From: a virus
Virus record (IMG/VR): IMGVR_UViG_3300032213_003587
Coordinates: 1 to 64,000 of that record
DNA: 64,000 nt
Direction: 5' to 3' (one strand)
Shown: piece by piece, positions 19,401 through 30,500 of the stretch
How the letters are laid out: each line of letters begins with the position of its first letter
Numbering within the stretch: the stretch's first letter is position 1
The notes under the pieces: generated by a model
What the model was told of the DNA's origin: nothing
Databases searched by the model: none
What the model saw: only the letters and a program-made list of their open reading frames with translations
Program-made: the position numbers and the translations under genes

Positions 19401-22400
19401 CAATGGTTTGGATGTCACGTTGCAACAAGAATGCAGCATAGGTCAAACCATCAAAAGTCTGCAGGAAGTCATCGGGCGTGGTGCGGTCATCGCCAAAGAA
19501 TTTGGTGACCAAGAAACTGATGCGTTCCAGGTTGCTCGGAGTGCGGAACGGTATGCGGCTACCCAATATTACGCTGTCGTTGGTTGGTCTTTGAGTGGCA
19601 AACTCTGCCAGGTAAAAATCAAACACGCCGGTCTGGTCGGGCTGCTGTGCACCAAAGCCCACGGCCACCGAACTCTGATTTTCAAAGAGACCGTCAATGG
19701 TCTTGCGAGTAATACTATACGCCGCACCAGCCTTCATTGGCATGGTAACAACTTTAAATATGTTGTTTAAATCTTGTGCTTGTACTGGATCAGGGCTGAG
19801 TTTATTAAAGGTAAATCTAACATTTTCTTGATTAGCACCACGTAAACGATCGCCAAGACTACTACCAGGTGTAACAGTGGCTGGTACCAGATTATCCGCT
19901 GGTTTGAAGTACTGGAAGCTGAAGTTTTCTAGACTGGTGCCGGAACGACGCGATGGTAGAGTGGTTGTGGTGGCAAAGATCGAAGGATCACCGGCTACGA
20001 TGAAATCGCCGCTGCTGGTTGTACCCACACGATTGGCACCCCAGCCCTGCACTACGTTTAATATGGCTCCTTGACGTGCTGATTTATTAACAACGAAGCT
20101 GGTGCGTTCCTGATCGCTGCCGCTGACTCGCGTTGTATTTGGTAAACCAATGATCAGGTTATCACGAATGATCTTGGCACCTACATATATCAGACCGTCA
20201 AACACATTGGCTAGATCCAACATGGTTGTAGTGTCGGAAAATACTTTCAATGATAAGAAGAATCTGCGTATAGAATCTGAAAGTGGTACACTATCATTGG
20301 CACCGCGGTCAACATAGAAGTTGGCGTTCACTGAGTCAATTATACCAACGCGATCTCGATCTGCGGCTGTTATAGCCACTGACAAACTGCTGAAGGTATC
20401 TAAGGCACCATCCTGCGTTTCCGTGAATATTGTATAGGCCGCACCGGCCTTGGCCAACAGGTTAAAATTAAAGACCGTATTTTCTAAATTTGAACCGGAG
20501 GTACGACGAATATCATTTCTACCAACAAACAGCAGTTCGGTTGTACCATCGTTGATTCTATACGGAGCCAGTGTGCTAAATGTCAGGGTTCCGCTGGAAG
20601 TCAGCGGATAAGTGGCATTGTAGTTGGTGATGAAGCTAGCGGCATCATAGGTCGGCAACAGCACCGTAGTGTTATCTATGGACTGTAGTTCGCTGCGCGG
20701 CGGTGCAAAATTGTTCTGATACAGAGCCAGGCCATTGATTATGCGGAACTGACTGATGCGTGCTGTACACAGAGTTTCCAGGATTTTCAGGCCTTGGGTA
20801 TTACCTACCGCACCAAAAGCAAAGAACGATCCCTGATTGTAGCCATTCAACCAGCAGGTCATTACGTCGCCAAGACGAGTAAATGCCAGGTGATACCAGC
20901 GTCCGGCGATTATGTTGCCGCCGAAAAATTCCGGTGCAGCCAGACCAAATTTACTATAGAATGGTCGGCCATTGCTGTCTATGCCAAATCTATAGTAGCT
21001 CGGAAAGCTAGGATTGCCAACGGCAGCCAAGGTAATTTCTGCGGCATTGAAGTTGTCTACATACACCTGGGCTTCAATGGTGAAGTCAACGGCCATGGAA
21101 TGATCGCCGCTGTTGCTTAGACTGGCAAATCCACCGACAGCTATGCTGCCCAGGGTGGGTTCAGTGGCTGCTACTCGAGGCAGCAGTTTACCGATGGTAA
21201 ATCTAACAGTTTCTGTGGATGTGCTATTGAGGAATCGATCGCCGGATACACCACCTACTGTTACTCTAGCGGGTACTAGATTGTCTGCTGTTTTTCTATA
21301 CTGAAAGCTAAAGTTTTCTAAACTGGTGCCGCTGCGGCGACTTTGCACAGCAGTAGTTGTGGCGAACGTAGTTGGGTCACCAATCACTACAAAATCACCG
21401 GTGGTGTCCGGTGGTCGGGATATTGTCAATCCCCAGCCCACTACTGTATTGGTAACACCCTGACCCTGTTTAGCTGGTTTGAAGTAATTCTTTTGCGGTA
21501 AATCCGCAGGCAATGTGCCGTCGGGGAATACTCGACGAACCGCTATGCGATTTATTAGAACATCGGCGGCTGTAAAACTATCTTCGCGGGGCAAACCTCG
21601 AAGCCGCACATTGAAATCGCTGGTAATTACAAGATCATTGGGTAATTTTCCAGGTGTTATTCTGGAAGCATCAGTAATAAAAACCTGAAAAATAAATGGA
21701 TCAAAGGTTCTTGCGCTGTCAAAGACAAGAGTCAATAAATCGTTGGCATTGAATGCGTCAAATTTCTGTAGTGTTGAATTGAAGGTATTAACATCGCTGA
21801 TGACAAGGTCATCGGACACTGATCGAGGACGCAGATTTAATACAAATACGCTGTCAAAGATATAGACCTGACGATCCTGCGGCGTGGCTCTGGCATAGTC
21901 GTAGATGGCAACAAGGTCAGTGAGCTGTATGGTGGTGGCAGCCGCACCCCAGTTAGTGGCGGTGGCTCTGGCTACCGCATACTGGTCAAAGCCCGGATTG
22001 CTATAATTAAACTGCGCTATACGCCAGATAAAGCCCGTGCTAGCCGAAGAGGATACTGTGGCATTTACCACCAGCGATGAATTGGCACCAACTGTGGCGG
22101 CCCAATTGTTGGCTCCGGCCCACAGGGTCTGTGCAGTAGTGAAACTTGCTCCACCATTGATGCTGTACAACAGTACCAGATCTTCGCCCGCATCCGGAGT
22201 TTCCAGTTCATTGCTGCCATCGCCGCCGTAGAATTCTACGTTCAGGCCATAGCTCCAGTTGGCTCCGTCGGCCTGATAGCTAGACACTGGTGTAAAATCA
22301 ATGTAACGAGTACCGGGAAAGCCGGTGAACAGCAGACGACCACCGCTGACATTGGTGGTGTTATAGATGTTGGCCGTACCAATTTCTACTTTGTTTAGAC

Positions 22401-23949
22401 TGTTGACAGCCAGCGTGGATCTTAAAACTGTGGAATAGCTGCTGAGGCTGGGTATGTCTGGTGCTGCTGGAACAGTTGGTAATATACTGGAAATTAATTC
22501 TGCCAGCGGTTTTCCAACGGTTAAAAATCTGCGTTGGGTTACATTTGCGGTGTCGGCTCGGCCGGCGTTGAAATTAAGTGCGCGTTGATCGCTGGAGTCT
22601 ACGCTGTTAGCCGTGGCACGTCCAACAAATTTTGCAATAAGATCTGCGGCAGCATTGGTATCAGCAAGTTGTTTGCCAAACTGACGAATCACAACATCGG
22701 TATTACCAATGCTATCTTGACGCAGATTGGTGATTAAGAAACTGCGTAGGTCTATTTCTTCTATGCGATCAAATTTTCCTGCACCAACGAATTTGGCCGT
22801 GGTATCAGATTCAATAATGCTGTCAAAAGCAGCCTTTCCAAATAGGTTGCCAGGAACATCGCCAATTGTAGTATTGTCGCGATAGGTCTGACCTAGCTGC
22901 GGTACTATCCGATCGGTAGATGCCAGAACATCAAAATTCGATCTACGGGCATCAAATCTACGGGCAAAGGCATCGGGTACAGCCAGAGCATCGAACAGCT
23001 GGAAGCTCAAGGCAAAGATCAGTCCATCAAACACACCGAAAAGATCGGTCATTGGCTGATTGTCGCCCAACCCTTTGCTGATAAAGAACCCTACGCGGTT
23101 TTCACTGACTGTGATCCTATCAGTCTTACCTAAAACCGCGGCCAGGACTTTTACATCAGCTAATGCTAGGCTGTCGGCGGCTGCCTTGTTAATAACAATG
23201 GCCTGAGTTTGATCAATGGCAACGGTGTCAGTTCTAAGTTTACCAAAGTTTTTCTGTGTCAGCGAAGTAATTCTAGCATTATCAAAGATGCCTTTGCCGG
23301 CTCGCAGAGCAAAATAACTGTCAATGGCTGTGCTGTCGTTCAGCAGTTTTCTGCTGGTTATTTTTAATGCATCAGCAAACGTGGTAGAATCTGCCGACGA
23401 TTTATTTACCAACAAGGCTCGTGTATCGCGCCCAATAACCGCATCGGCTTTTCTCAATGCCAGATCAAAATATCTGCTGTCTGCAGGTCCTACTATGTCA
23501 TTGCCCGCAGATTTAGCAACAATTAGATTGATGTACTGCTGTACTGCCAGGCTGTCCGCAAAACTGCGATTTACCTGCAGCACAAAGGCAATGAAGTCGT
23601 TGATGAGTTCTACATCAGCAAAGAAACGCTGTGCGCCGCGAGCCGACAACAAGGACACTACATCCACTAGTCCAAAGTTATCGCTGACTGGTTTGCCTAC
23701 AGTTAATCCAATCAAATCCAGCAGAGCAAAGGCATCGGCTTCGCGGAATATCAGACGATTGACGAATCTGGCGGCCGCTATTATTTGACGAGTTGATATA
23801 GTGGATTTGACAATGGCAGCCTGCGTAACATTGCTGGCTGTTATAGTAGGACGTGTTACTGTGGCTTTATGAACAAAGGTGGTAGGCGTACGAAGATCAG
23901 CCAGGGTAACCAGCCCCGACGTAAGGTTGGTGATCTTGCGGATAGTCAC
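16420..23949 (-). CDS. Giant (2509 aa) repeat-containing fibre/adhesin with lectin-like domains
   Basis: Asp-periodic N-terminal stalk, about four and a half ~250-280-aa repeats, LamG-like (FTIEAQVY...WYHLAFTR...ISQFRI), reelin-like and CBM-like domains. Confidence 0.7.
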   Translation of the reverse strand: MTIRKITNLTSGLVTLADLRTPTTFVHKATVTRPTITASNVTQAAIVKSTISTRQIIAAARFVNRLIFREADAFALLDLIGLTVGKPVSDNFGLVDVVSLLSARGAQRFFADVELINDFIAFVLQVNRSFADSLAVQQYINLIVAKSAGNDIVGPADSRYFDLALRKADAVIGRDTRALLVNKSSADSTTFADALKITSRKLLNDSTAIDSYFALRAGKGIFDNARITSLTQKNFGKLRTDTVAIDQTQAIVINKAAADSLALADVKVLAAVLGKTDRITVSENRVGFFISKGLGDNQPMTDLFGVFDGLIFALSFQLFDALAVPDAFARRFDARRSNFDVLASTDRIVPQLGQTYRDNTTIGDVPGNLFGKAAFDSIIESDTTAKFVGAGKFDRIEEIDLRSFLITNLRQDSIGNTDVVIRQFGKQLADTNAAADLIAKFVGRATANSVDSSDQRALNFNAGRADTANVTQRRFLTVGKPLAELISSILPTVPAAPDIPSLSSYSTVLRSTLAVNSLNKVEIGTANIYNTTNVSGGRLLFTGFPGTRYIDFTPVSSYQADGANWSYGLNVEFYGGDGSNELETPDAGEDLVLLYSINGGASFTTAQTLWAGANNWAATVGANSSLVVNATVSSSASTGFIWRIAQFNYSNPGFDQYAVARATATNWGAAATTIQLTDLVAIYDYARATPQDRQVYIFDSVFVLNLRPRSVSDDLVISDVNTFNSTLQKFDAFNANDLLTLVFDSARTFDPFIFQVFITDASRITPGKLPNDLVITSDFNVRLRGLPREDSFTAADVLINRIAVRRVFPDGTLPADLPQKNYFKPAKQGQGVTNTVVGWGLTISRPPDTTGDFVVIGDPTTFATTTAVQSRRSGTSLENFSFQYRKTADNLVPARVTVGGVSGDRFLNSTSTETVRFTIGKLLPRVAATEPTLGSIAVGGFASLSNSGDHSMAVDFTIEAQVYVDNFNAAEITLAAVGNPSFPSYYRFGIDSNGRPFYSKFGLAAPEFFGGNIIAGRWYHLAFTRLGDVMTCWLNGYNQGSFFAFGAVGNTQGLKILETLCTARISQFRIINGLALYQNNFAPPRSELQSIDNTTVLLPTYDAASFITNYNATYPLTSSGTLTFSTLAPYRINDGTTELLFVGRNDIRRTSGSNLENTVFNFNLLAKAGAAYTIFTETQDGALDTFSSLSVAITAADRDRVGIIDSVNANFYVDRGANDSVPLSDSIRRFFLSLKVFSDTTTMLDLANVFDGLIYVGAKIIRDNLIIGLPNTTRVSGSDQERTSFVVNKSARQGAILNVVQGWGANRVGTTSSGDFIVAGDPSIFATTTTLPSRRSGTSLENFSFQYFKPADNLVPATVTPGSSLGDRLRGANQENVRFTFNKLSPDPVQAQDLNNIFKVVTMPMKAGAAYSITRKTIDGLFENQSSVAVGFGAQQPDQTGVFDFYLAEFATQRPTNDSVILGSRIPFRTPSNLERISFLVTKFFGDDRTTPDDFLQTFDGLTYAAFLLQRDIQTIGSGALAANNRFLGSGENTAFDVRKSARQGATLNVVQGWGSSVTGTTSSGDFVVAGDPTALPTTNTAPSRRSGASLENISLQYFKPADNLVPAFVIPGSSIGDRLQGANRENISFVFRKLANTEYGPDAVQPYDLNSIFKTFNLTAKAGSAYAITRKTIEGLPDFQSSVAVGIGAQQLDQTGVLDLYIAEIATSRSPSHSVVLGSQIPFRTPSTLERISFLITKFFGDDGVIPDDFLQTFDGLTYRATLLESDIQIMGSGATAANNRFLGSPEVINFDVVKSARQGAILNQITGWGSSVTGTTSSGDFVVAGDPTALPTTNAAPSRRSGARLENISLQYAKLADNTVPAVVIPGSSIGDRLQGANRENVSFVVRKLAPHYDTYNDIDGYAGFLTTTPVQIGFGSSASVGYRVSGSLLENTAFNYSLSAKAGAAYSITRKTINGLPDFQSSVAVGIGAKQLDQTGIFDEYFAEWYTNRTTSDAVTIGFSIPFRTPSNLERISFLVTKFFGDDRTTPDDFLQTFDGLTYRATSLTRDTQTIGSGALAANNRFLGSGENTAFDFTKSARQGAALNQLLSWGTSVTGTTSSGDFVVIGDPSALAVTSGVQSRRSGSSLERFSFNYSKPLATTAPYGTNLLLFSEQIGTLFGTGALQDQLIAIAAAGASFNSDYFVAPDRTITGDRIDTTSTTGSVKYDIIVSSSTTYTWSFWALKTVASGSTFLSVRDYTNSNDIIAPTDYQPNLSLSSWTRIVRTFTTPANAQSIGLNFITGSSNSIGLWGWSLEPGSSTGPYIRTTSAAIVGTGYGVGIEYNNVGVDDVFRQVIPFRRLFQDGQAAFDRSFKNVSLPRAGVDSFGLTEDIIVTKLLDYRFTEVLGDRDPYGTVALVDRGFVRMTNYVEDIDYFAEDYTGVQRNLGNFYYPPLKVDVADFITLTDEVSFVTGQWVQRFFGPDETIGDLDPFGNINTLINRGTLRITNYVEDIDYFESDYIGESRTIS
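17530..21480 (-). repeat. Intragenic tandem repeats (~760-850 bp units)
   Basis: Recurrent KSARQGA...WG...GTTSSGDFVV.GDP...SRRSG.SLE...ISFL.TKFFGDD...DDFLQTFDGLTY; unit starts near 21480 (diverged), 20090, 19335, 18565 and 17720 (partial). Confidence 0.9.
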
Positions 23950-23953
23950 GGGT

Positions 23954-24292
23954 TTACCTGGTCACGCCAGGCATTACAGTTACAATACCTTCGGCCGCAC
24001 GTGTTTTTGTGCCCGTGGCAGTTTCATTAATAATAATATCATAGACGTAGCGACCGGCTTTTAATGCAGCGGTCTGCGTATCAGTCAAAGCCAGAGTAAC
24101 TTCGCCTTGACTAGGGGCAGCTGAAGTTACGGTAAAGGTAGCCGAAGTAGTCTGTGACTCATAGCTGCGGCGAATCTGGCCAGAGAAGGTATAACCAACT
24201 AGGTTTAATGGTTCGGTATTGCTGCTATAGAGCTTGATGGTTGCTTCGAAGTCTGCGCCTTGATCAACGCTGAGATTAATTGTTATGGCCAT
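23954..24292 (-). CDS. Small BppU/Ig-like structural protein
   Basis: NLSVDQGADF, NLVGYTFSGQIRRSY, LTDTQTAALKAGRYVYDI, RAAEGIVTVMPGVTR; family common in T4-like phages. Confidence 0.65.
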   Translation of the reverse strand: MAITINLSVDQGADFEATIKLYSSNTEPLNLVGYTFSGQIRRSYESQTTSATFTVTSAAPSQGEVTLALTDTQTAALKAGRYVYDIIINETATGTKTRAAEGIVTVMPGVTR

Positions 24293-24518
24293 GTCGTGTT
24301 TCCAGCAGTTGTTGCAACAAAGATTTGATGTCCGTTAGATTGGACTCAAAGTTATTTATCTTTGTTTCTAGTTGATCCAATCGATCCTGTTGCTGCTGGC
24401 GACTTTGTTTAATCTTAAGATAGTTCTCAAAGCCAGATGCGTTTATGTCAACAATAGCGTTGGTCTGTGGATCACGACGCAGATTATCGTGATCCACAAC
24501 CTTTATTAAATTATGCAT
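24276..24518 (-). CDS. Small conserved coiled-coil protein
   Basis: KV..HDNLRRDPQTNAIV...DIKSLLQQLL; family usually found after VrlC-like genes. Start taken at ATG 24518. Confidence 0.6.
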   Translation of the reverse strand: MHNLIKVVDHDNLRRDPQTNAIVDINASGFENYLKIKQSRQQQQDRLDQLETKINNFESNLTDIKSLLQQLLETRHGHNN

Positions 24519-27500
24519 GAGCAATTACTCGCAGATTTTTGAACTGCGGCAATTTGGCACCATTGGTGGTACGCATGGCAATCTTGACCTGGAATGCCGT
24601 AAATGTCGGCAGATCCTTGGCATTGCCCTGACTATCAAAGTCCGTAATGTCAATGGTAATTTCACTGAAATCATCGCGCTTGGTTGACTTTACAATGGTT
24701 GGCAATGGTGTGAACTTCTTCCAGGGCCGCAGAGTAAAGTCGGACAATGCCGGACCAATCTTGTAATATACATCAAAGTCGGCTTCCTGCGGAATACAGG
24801 CCTCCAAGATCATCTTCAGCTGGCTGGCTGCGTTAGCCAGGTTGATTTTCTTGGAAGCATATTTGTTCTGCAGGCTACCAAACGATGTACCAATTTCATC
24901 GATGAAGTCCTGATATTGTACAATGGTGTTATTGTAACCAGTACCTACATTGATTAGGTTACCGCTGACAAATATCTGCGATCCGTCCTGGCTTACACCG
25001 GTAACCAAATAGCCTGTGCTGGTGTTGACATTATACGGCGCATTACCAGCCACAGTAACATAGCTACCAGGAACTACTGAACTAAAGGTTCCTGCAGTAC
25101 CACTAATACTGGTGCTGGCTGCGTCAAAGAATACAGCCTGGTTGTTTTCCGTAATTACATTTTTAACCAGGGTTGGCGCTGCTGCACTATTACCGGCCGG
25201 TAGGGTGCTACCACTGTTGTACAGTCTAGAACTTACTGTGGGGTTGTTCACATTATGTGTAATGGTGCGTACATGCAGAGTGCTCAGATCAATCACCGGA
25301 CTAACCTGATCTGATGTACTAGATAACACAAACTTACCCACGAAACTATGTTGCCAGGCTTCACCGTTGGCATAGGTTGATGTGCCAGGATGTTTGAGTC
25401 CTTCGTTGATTGGACTCAAAATAACCTTGGGCTCATCAAATATTGTGGGTGTATTGATGTTGGTGGTTTGATTGGTGATTCCGTAGTCCGTGCTGCTTGG
25501 GTTGGTATCATAGGTGATGCCTCGCACCGTGTCAACTTCAAATCGTGTTTCTGTTTCCTGGAAGTTTAGAATCTTACCGCCGGGTATGGCAACATGATAC
25601 TGTAGATTACCATAGGCAATGATGTCATTGCCACCGCTGCCTCGCGACGGAGGATACAATATGCTACCCACACTAAGATCAACATATGTTGTGCCTAGGT
25701 TAATTACATAGGTATTTAATGTAACTTCGCTGACCTGGAAACGTCCGCTGGTGTCGTTGTTACTGACCTGATCATATATCAATGTACTACCAAATATGGT
25801 GCTGACATCGATGTTGGTGCCAGGGAAAGTAGCTGTAGTATTGGCGGCAATGGCATTTTCATACTGACCCTTCCAGTATTCGCTGCTGAAACGCACAAAG
25901 TCACCGTTGCGGAATCCGTGATTTTCATGTTTGACTCGCACCAAGTTACTGCTGTGAGTAAAGATAAAAGGATCGCTGTCGATGCTCTGACCTGGATATG
26001 CTTCGTTTACCACATAGGCATTAGCCACTGTATCTTTGTTAAATACAGCGCGGTTTAGGGTAAACTTGATATCGCTGAATTGGTCTTCAGTCCAAACCTG
26101 ACCATCCTGTGATTTAAACAGACTGCCCAGCAGGGTTTGACTGTTGTGCATGCGATTTGGATTGCTGATATCAAATTGTCCCAGAGTGGCTACCCAGACC
26201 TTGTAATATACGCAGTCGGATTTCAAGGCTATGGCATAATATTGATCCGGCAATAGATATACTGGAACCTCGAATGTGAACTTGGTGGGCGTTTGTCCTG
26301 TGCTGTCTACATTGATGTCGTCGGGATACAAGGTTACAATGGATCCTGGCACAATTTCCGTACCGCTTGGACGACCAGTTAAATCGCAGGGACGAATCTC
26401 TACACGCAACGGAGCCTGCTGTACCAGTGGTTTTTCCGCAAAGAAGAAGTCAACGTCGGTTACAAAGCAACCGCTGGTAAATGATTCCGGTAACTTAAAG
26501 CTCTGTGCAATCGGATCATAGGGATTGGCTACAAAGGTCTTGGTGCTGTGATAGCTGTTGGTGGTGGTTACAGTAAAGCCTTCCACAGTATAGCTGCCAG
26601 TGGCCTTGCTGTCCCAGTTATCGCCGCTGTTTTCTACGTCATCGGTAATAACAATGGGCTTCTGCCCGGTGATGAAACGTGCACCATCCTGATCCGGAAG
26701 GTCAAATAATATAATCAAATTGCCTTTGTCGTCGCTGAAGAATGTGCCCGCAGTAGTACCGGTGCAGACATTGTTCGGTGTGACTGAGGTTGGATTGCTC
26801 AGGGTTCGCATATTGTCGGTGCTAATGCCGATACGGAATGTGGCCGCGCTGTAGTTATAACCTGCGCCGCTGTTGGATGTGGCATTGGCTCGAATGAATT
26901 TTTCACTCATTTTGCCACGGCCATTCACACAATACACAGTTGTACCGTCTTGATGCATGATAATACCACTACCAACTTCTACGTTGTTTTCATACATAAT
27001 CATTACTGCACCGCGGCTCAGTGATTTGCGATTACCGTCACGATAACTTGCACTTGGCATTTTGTCGTCATAATCTGTGGGGTAATGAGTACGCGTTGAT
27101 CCAGACACAGTATATGTTTCTGCCAAACTACGCCAGCGAGCATAACCACCCCATTCGCCGGCCGTACCAGCATTGGGTCGAATTGTATTGGTGTCTAAAT
27201 TTTCTAGGGTTACAAAACTCCATTTTACCGCACCATTGCAGCGATCGCCAACATCAAAATCATCGAAGAACACAAAGTGTTCGGCCCGAGGTTTCATACC
27301 CTTCATTTTGAATAAAATGGTATTGGCTCGGCAGAACGGAATTAATTCACTCACAGTTTTGCTAGCCAACAGGGTATTAACTACGTTCAATGAGATAGTA
27401 TAGGGTCTCCAATCGCCGGCAGCTCTTAAATTTCTTACTGCCTGTTGTTGATTAACCGCAGTATTTTCTGATACAATGTTATCAATGCGGATCGGCGTTG

Positions 27501-30500
27501 TGTAAATATCGGTGTTCGGAGTAACTTCAATGTTATTCAAGAACAGATATTTTAAGAACGGTGTAACTGACAGGGATGTAGTGGCTACAGCCTGAGTAAT
27601 CAACGGTGTGGTTGTATAATCCAGGGTCAATAAATCTCCGCTGACTCGATAACGACTTCCGGCCGCTGTGCGCGCACCATCAATAGATGCAATTTCATCG
27701 CCTGTGCTTGCCGGACTTACGCCGGCAATCTTTTCACGCAGTACAAAGCCGTTGTCAGAGACATGCGGTGTCAATATCTGAGCGTCTAAATCAATGCTGA
27801 ATTTTGATCCTGCAGTAAAGTCAGCGTTGGTGGCATCTCCAAAGTTATCAACATAAAAACCGGTTTTGTAGCGTTCCAAAGTTGGATCTAGATTATCACG
27901 AATTTGTAATCCACTGGTCTTGCTTTCCAACAAACTTAGTGCTGTGCTAACTTCTAAATTTTCCAGACGCTTGTCAATACCACCAATATCCTTCATGGTG
28001 TAACGTTTATTGTCAATCTTCTTGGTCCTCAATGATGGCCAACCAGTATCCGGTGTATATGGCACCAGTTCTAGATCATATAACTGTACGGCATTGTCGT
28101 TGCTTACTTCCGGTGTAACTGGATTCAAGGAGCTTGGTGAACTTACTGTATAGAAGGTTCCGTTTTGATCCAATAACACCTTGTCTTTGCGACCCAGATA
28201 ATAGGTAACATTGGTCAAGAAACCCGTGCCATAGCGTGGAACTTCGATGTCATTGGCAGTAATGCTAGGACGGAAGTCCAGAGTATCGCGAAGATTTTGG
28301 CCGCGATACTTGGGTGTGGCTTCATAGGGAACATAGTTATTGTCGTAGCTGCTGTAGGCAAAATAATCGCCGGTGCTGTGACTGAAGTAATCATAAAATA
28401 CTCGCACACTACCGGTAGGTACTGGACGACCGCTCTTCAAAGTCAGCGTACCATAGTCATAGAAAATTTCGCGCTGACCATCATCAAAGGTATAGTTTTC
28501 TGTGATGTCCTGCACATCTGCGGCTGTAAATGTCGCTGGCCAGGCCGCGGCAAAACTGCTGTACATTAAAATTTTGTTGATGCGGTATACGTCGGTGTTA
28601 TCCAAGGTTAGCACTGATTTTTGAGCATTGCTGCTGCTCAAATAGGTTGTGTTGGCATCCAAAACCAGAGTCTTGGTTTTACGACCACCTAAACTGTTTA
28701 CATCAGCCGACGATCTATATACAGGATAGATCATTATGTAATTGCCACTGGCAACAAATGAACCTGTGGAAGTTACTGTGACCACACCACCAGCTCCGGT
28801 GGATACTGATTGCACACCAATGGGGTTGCTGAGATTTGATAGGTCGCGACGAGCAATGATAAAGTAATTGGGATCGCTGGTGGCCAGGCTGTCCTGATTG
28901 TTGCCGCCCTGACCAGCGCTCAGCGTAAACACCAGCGAAGAGTTGGTGGCGGTCTGTGTCCAGGCATAGGTTGTATAAACCTGATATACGCTGTTTCTCA
29001 TGCTCTGCACCGAATCTGCTACTTTAAACACCAGGCTGTCATTGCCGGCTTCCGCAATTACGTTGTTGATACGGAATATCGGATATTGTGCAGTTGCACT
29101 ACCAACTATGGAAGTATCCATGCGTATAGCATAACCCAGGCTATTGCTGCTAATAAAAGTCAACACCAGACGCTGATCGTTCACACTAATTAAATCGCCG
29201 ACTCGGGCTTCGGTGGCTAATTTACCGTCTAAGGTACCGGTGAGTCGGATAGAAGCGTGCGATGTTACATTGGTTGCAGTACCGCTAAAACTTGTTACTG
29301 TCCAGAGACCGCTGAGTTTCTTAGCATTAATACCCAGGTTATAGTTGGAATATACTTCAGAAGCAAATGCTGCGGTCTGTGCAGTATAAAGAATTTCTGG
29401 TTGTATGCCGCTGGTACCAACCGCAGCAATGGTGTTGGCGGTGGATGCTGAAGCAATTTCATGTCTCTGAGCAGTGGTTGATATGCTGCTCAGTTGTAGT
29501 CGAGCATCGCTGGTGATACTAACAACAATACCAGTAGCCGAGCCGATGCGCATGGTATCGCCGGGTCGCAGTTCACTGAGGAATTTAGTTGCTACTGCGG
29601 CACTAGAACCACCATCACCCACACCCAATACGGTCTGGAATGGTAGGCGTACATGGATTGATGTCATTCCAACGGTCATTGCTGCAATTGAACTACCATT
29701 CAAAGTCATGGTAGATGAGTTGGCGATATTAGTAATAAAATATTTGCTGAGATTGGCTGAAGTACCAAAACAAACTAAATCGCCGACTCTAAATTGAGTG
29801 TGGAATGAAACACTTACACCAGTTACTGTAAAGTCGTTGCCGGCACTTGCTGAACCATAGGCTGCACCACCGTCGGCCTGGGAGAAAACAAACCCACTGG
29901 TACCACCGACATATCGCACACTACCGCTGATGTTGTAGTTCTTGGTCAATACCGATACGCTGGTGTCGGGCTGCACAATACTAACCACATTGCGATCAAA
30001 GAATTTTTCCGGTTCCATTTTAACATCGAACAGACCGAATTTTAAACCGCCGCTGGGGTCGTAATCTACATATTTGATGCGACCCTGACCGGTTTTGCGA
30101 CCATAGCCAAACTTATAGGGGTCGGCTGGACCGCCGATGGGACGATCGTAGAAAAATACCTGCGAACCTAGTTTGGTATTGGGAATACCAAAGCTACGAG
30201 CTTTATCAATGTATATGTAGTTACCGGCCGGTGTTTGAATAGTAACATTGGCGGAACTTGCAGTGGCTCGTGATTTTGGTAAAGTTAGGAAACTGTTGGT
30301 GATAGTGTCTACTTCATAGCCTTTGACATAGGCCTTGCCAGGCCCAAAGGTCAGCACAAGGTTGCTGCTGTTGGCCAGAGCGCGAGTGGCAGCTGATGTA
30401 GCGCCCGGATCATAGAGACCGCGATTGCTAACCGGTGTTGGAGTATAACGCCACACCGGACCGGCGCTGTCGGTGATGCTGGATGATTCATCGTAGCTAG

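Noticed and set aside
17530-21480. Repeats as DGR template/variable regions or a CRISPR array
   Set aside because: They are long in-frame coding repeats; no reverse transcriptase in the window, no evident adenine-restricted differences, and no short repeat-spacer periodicity.
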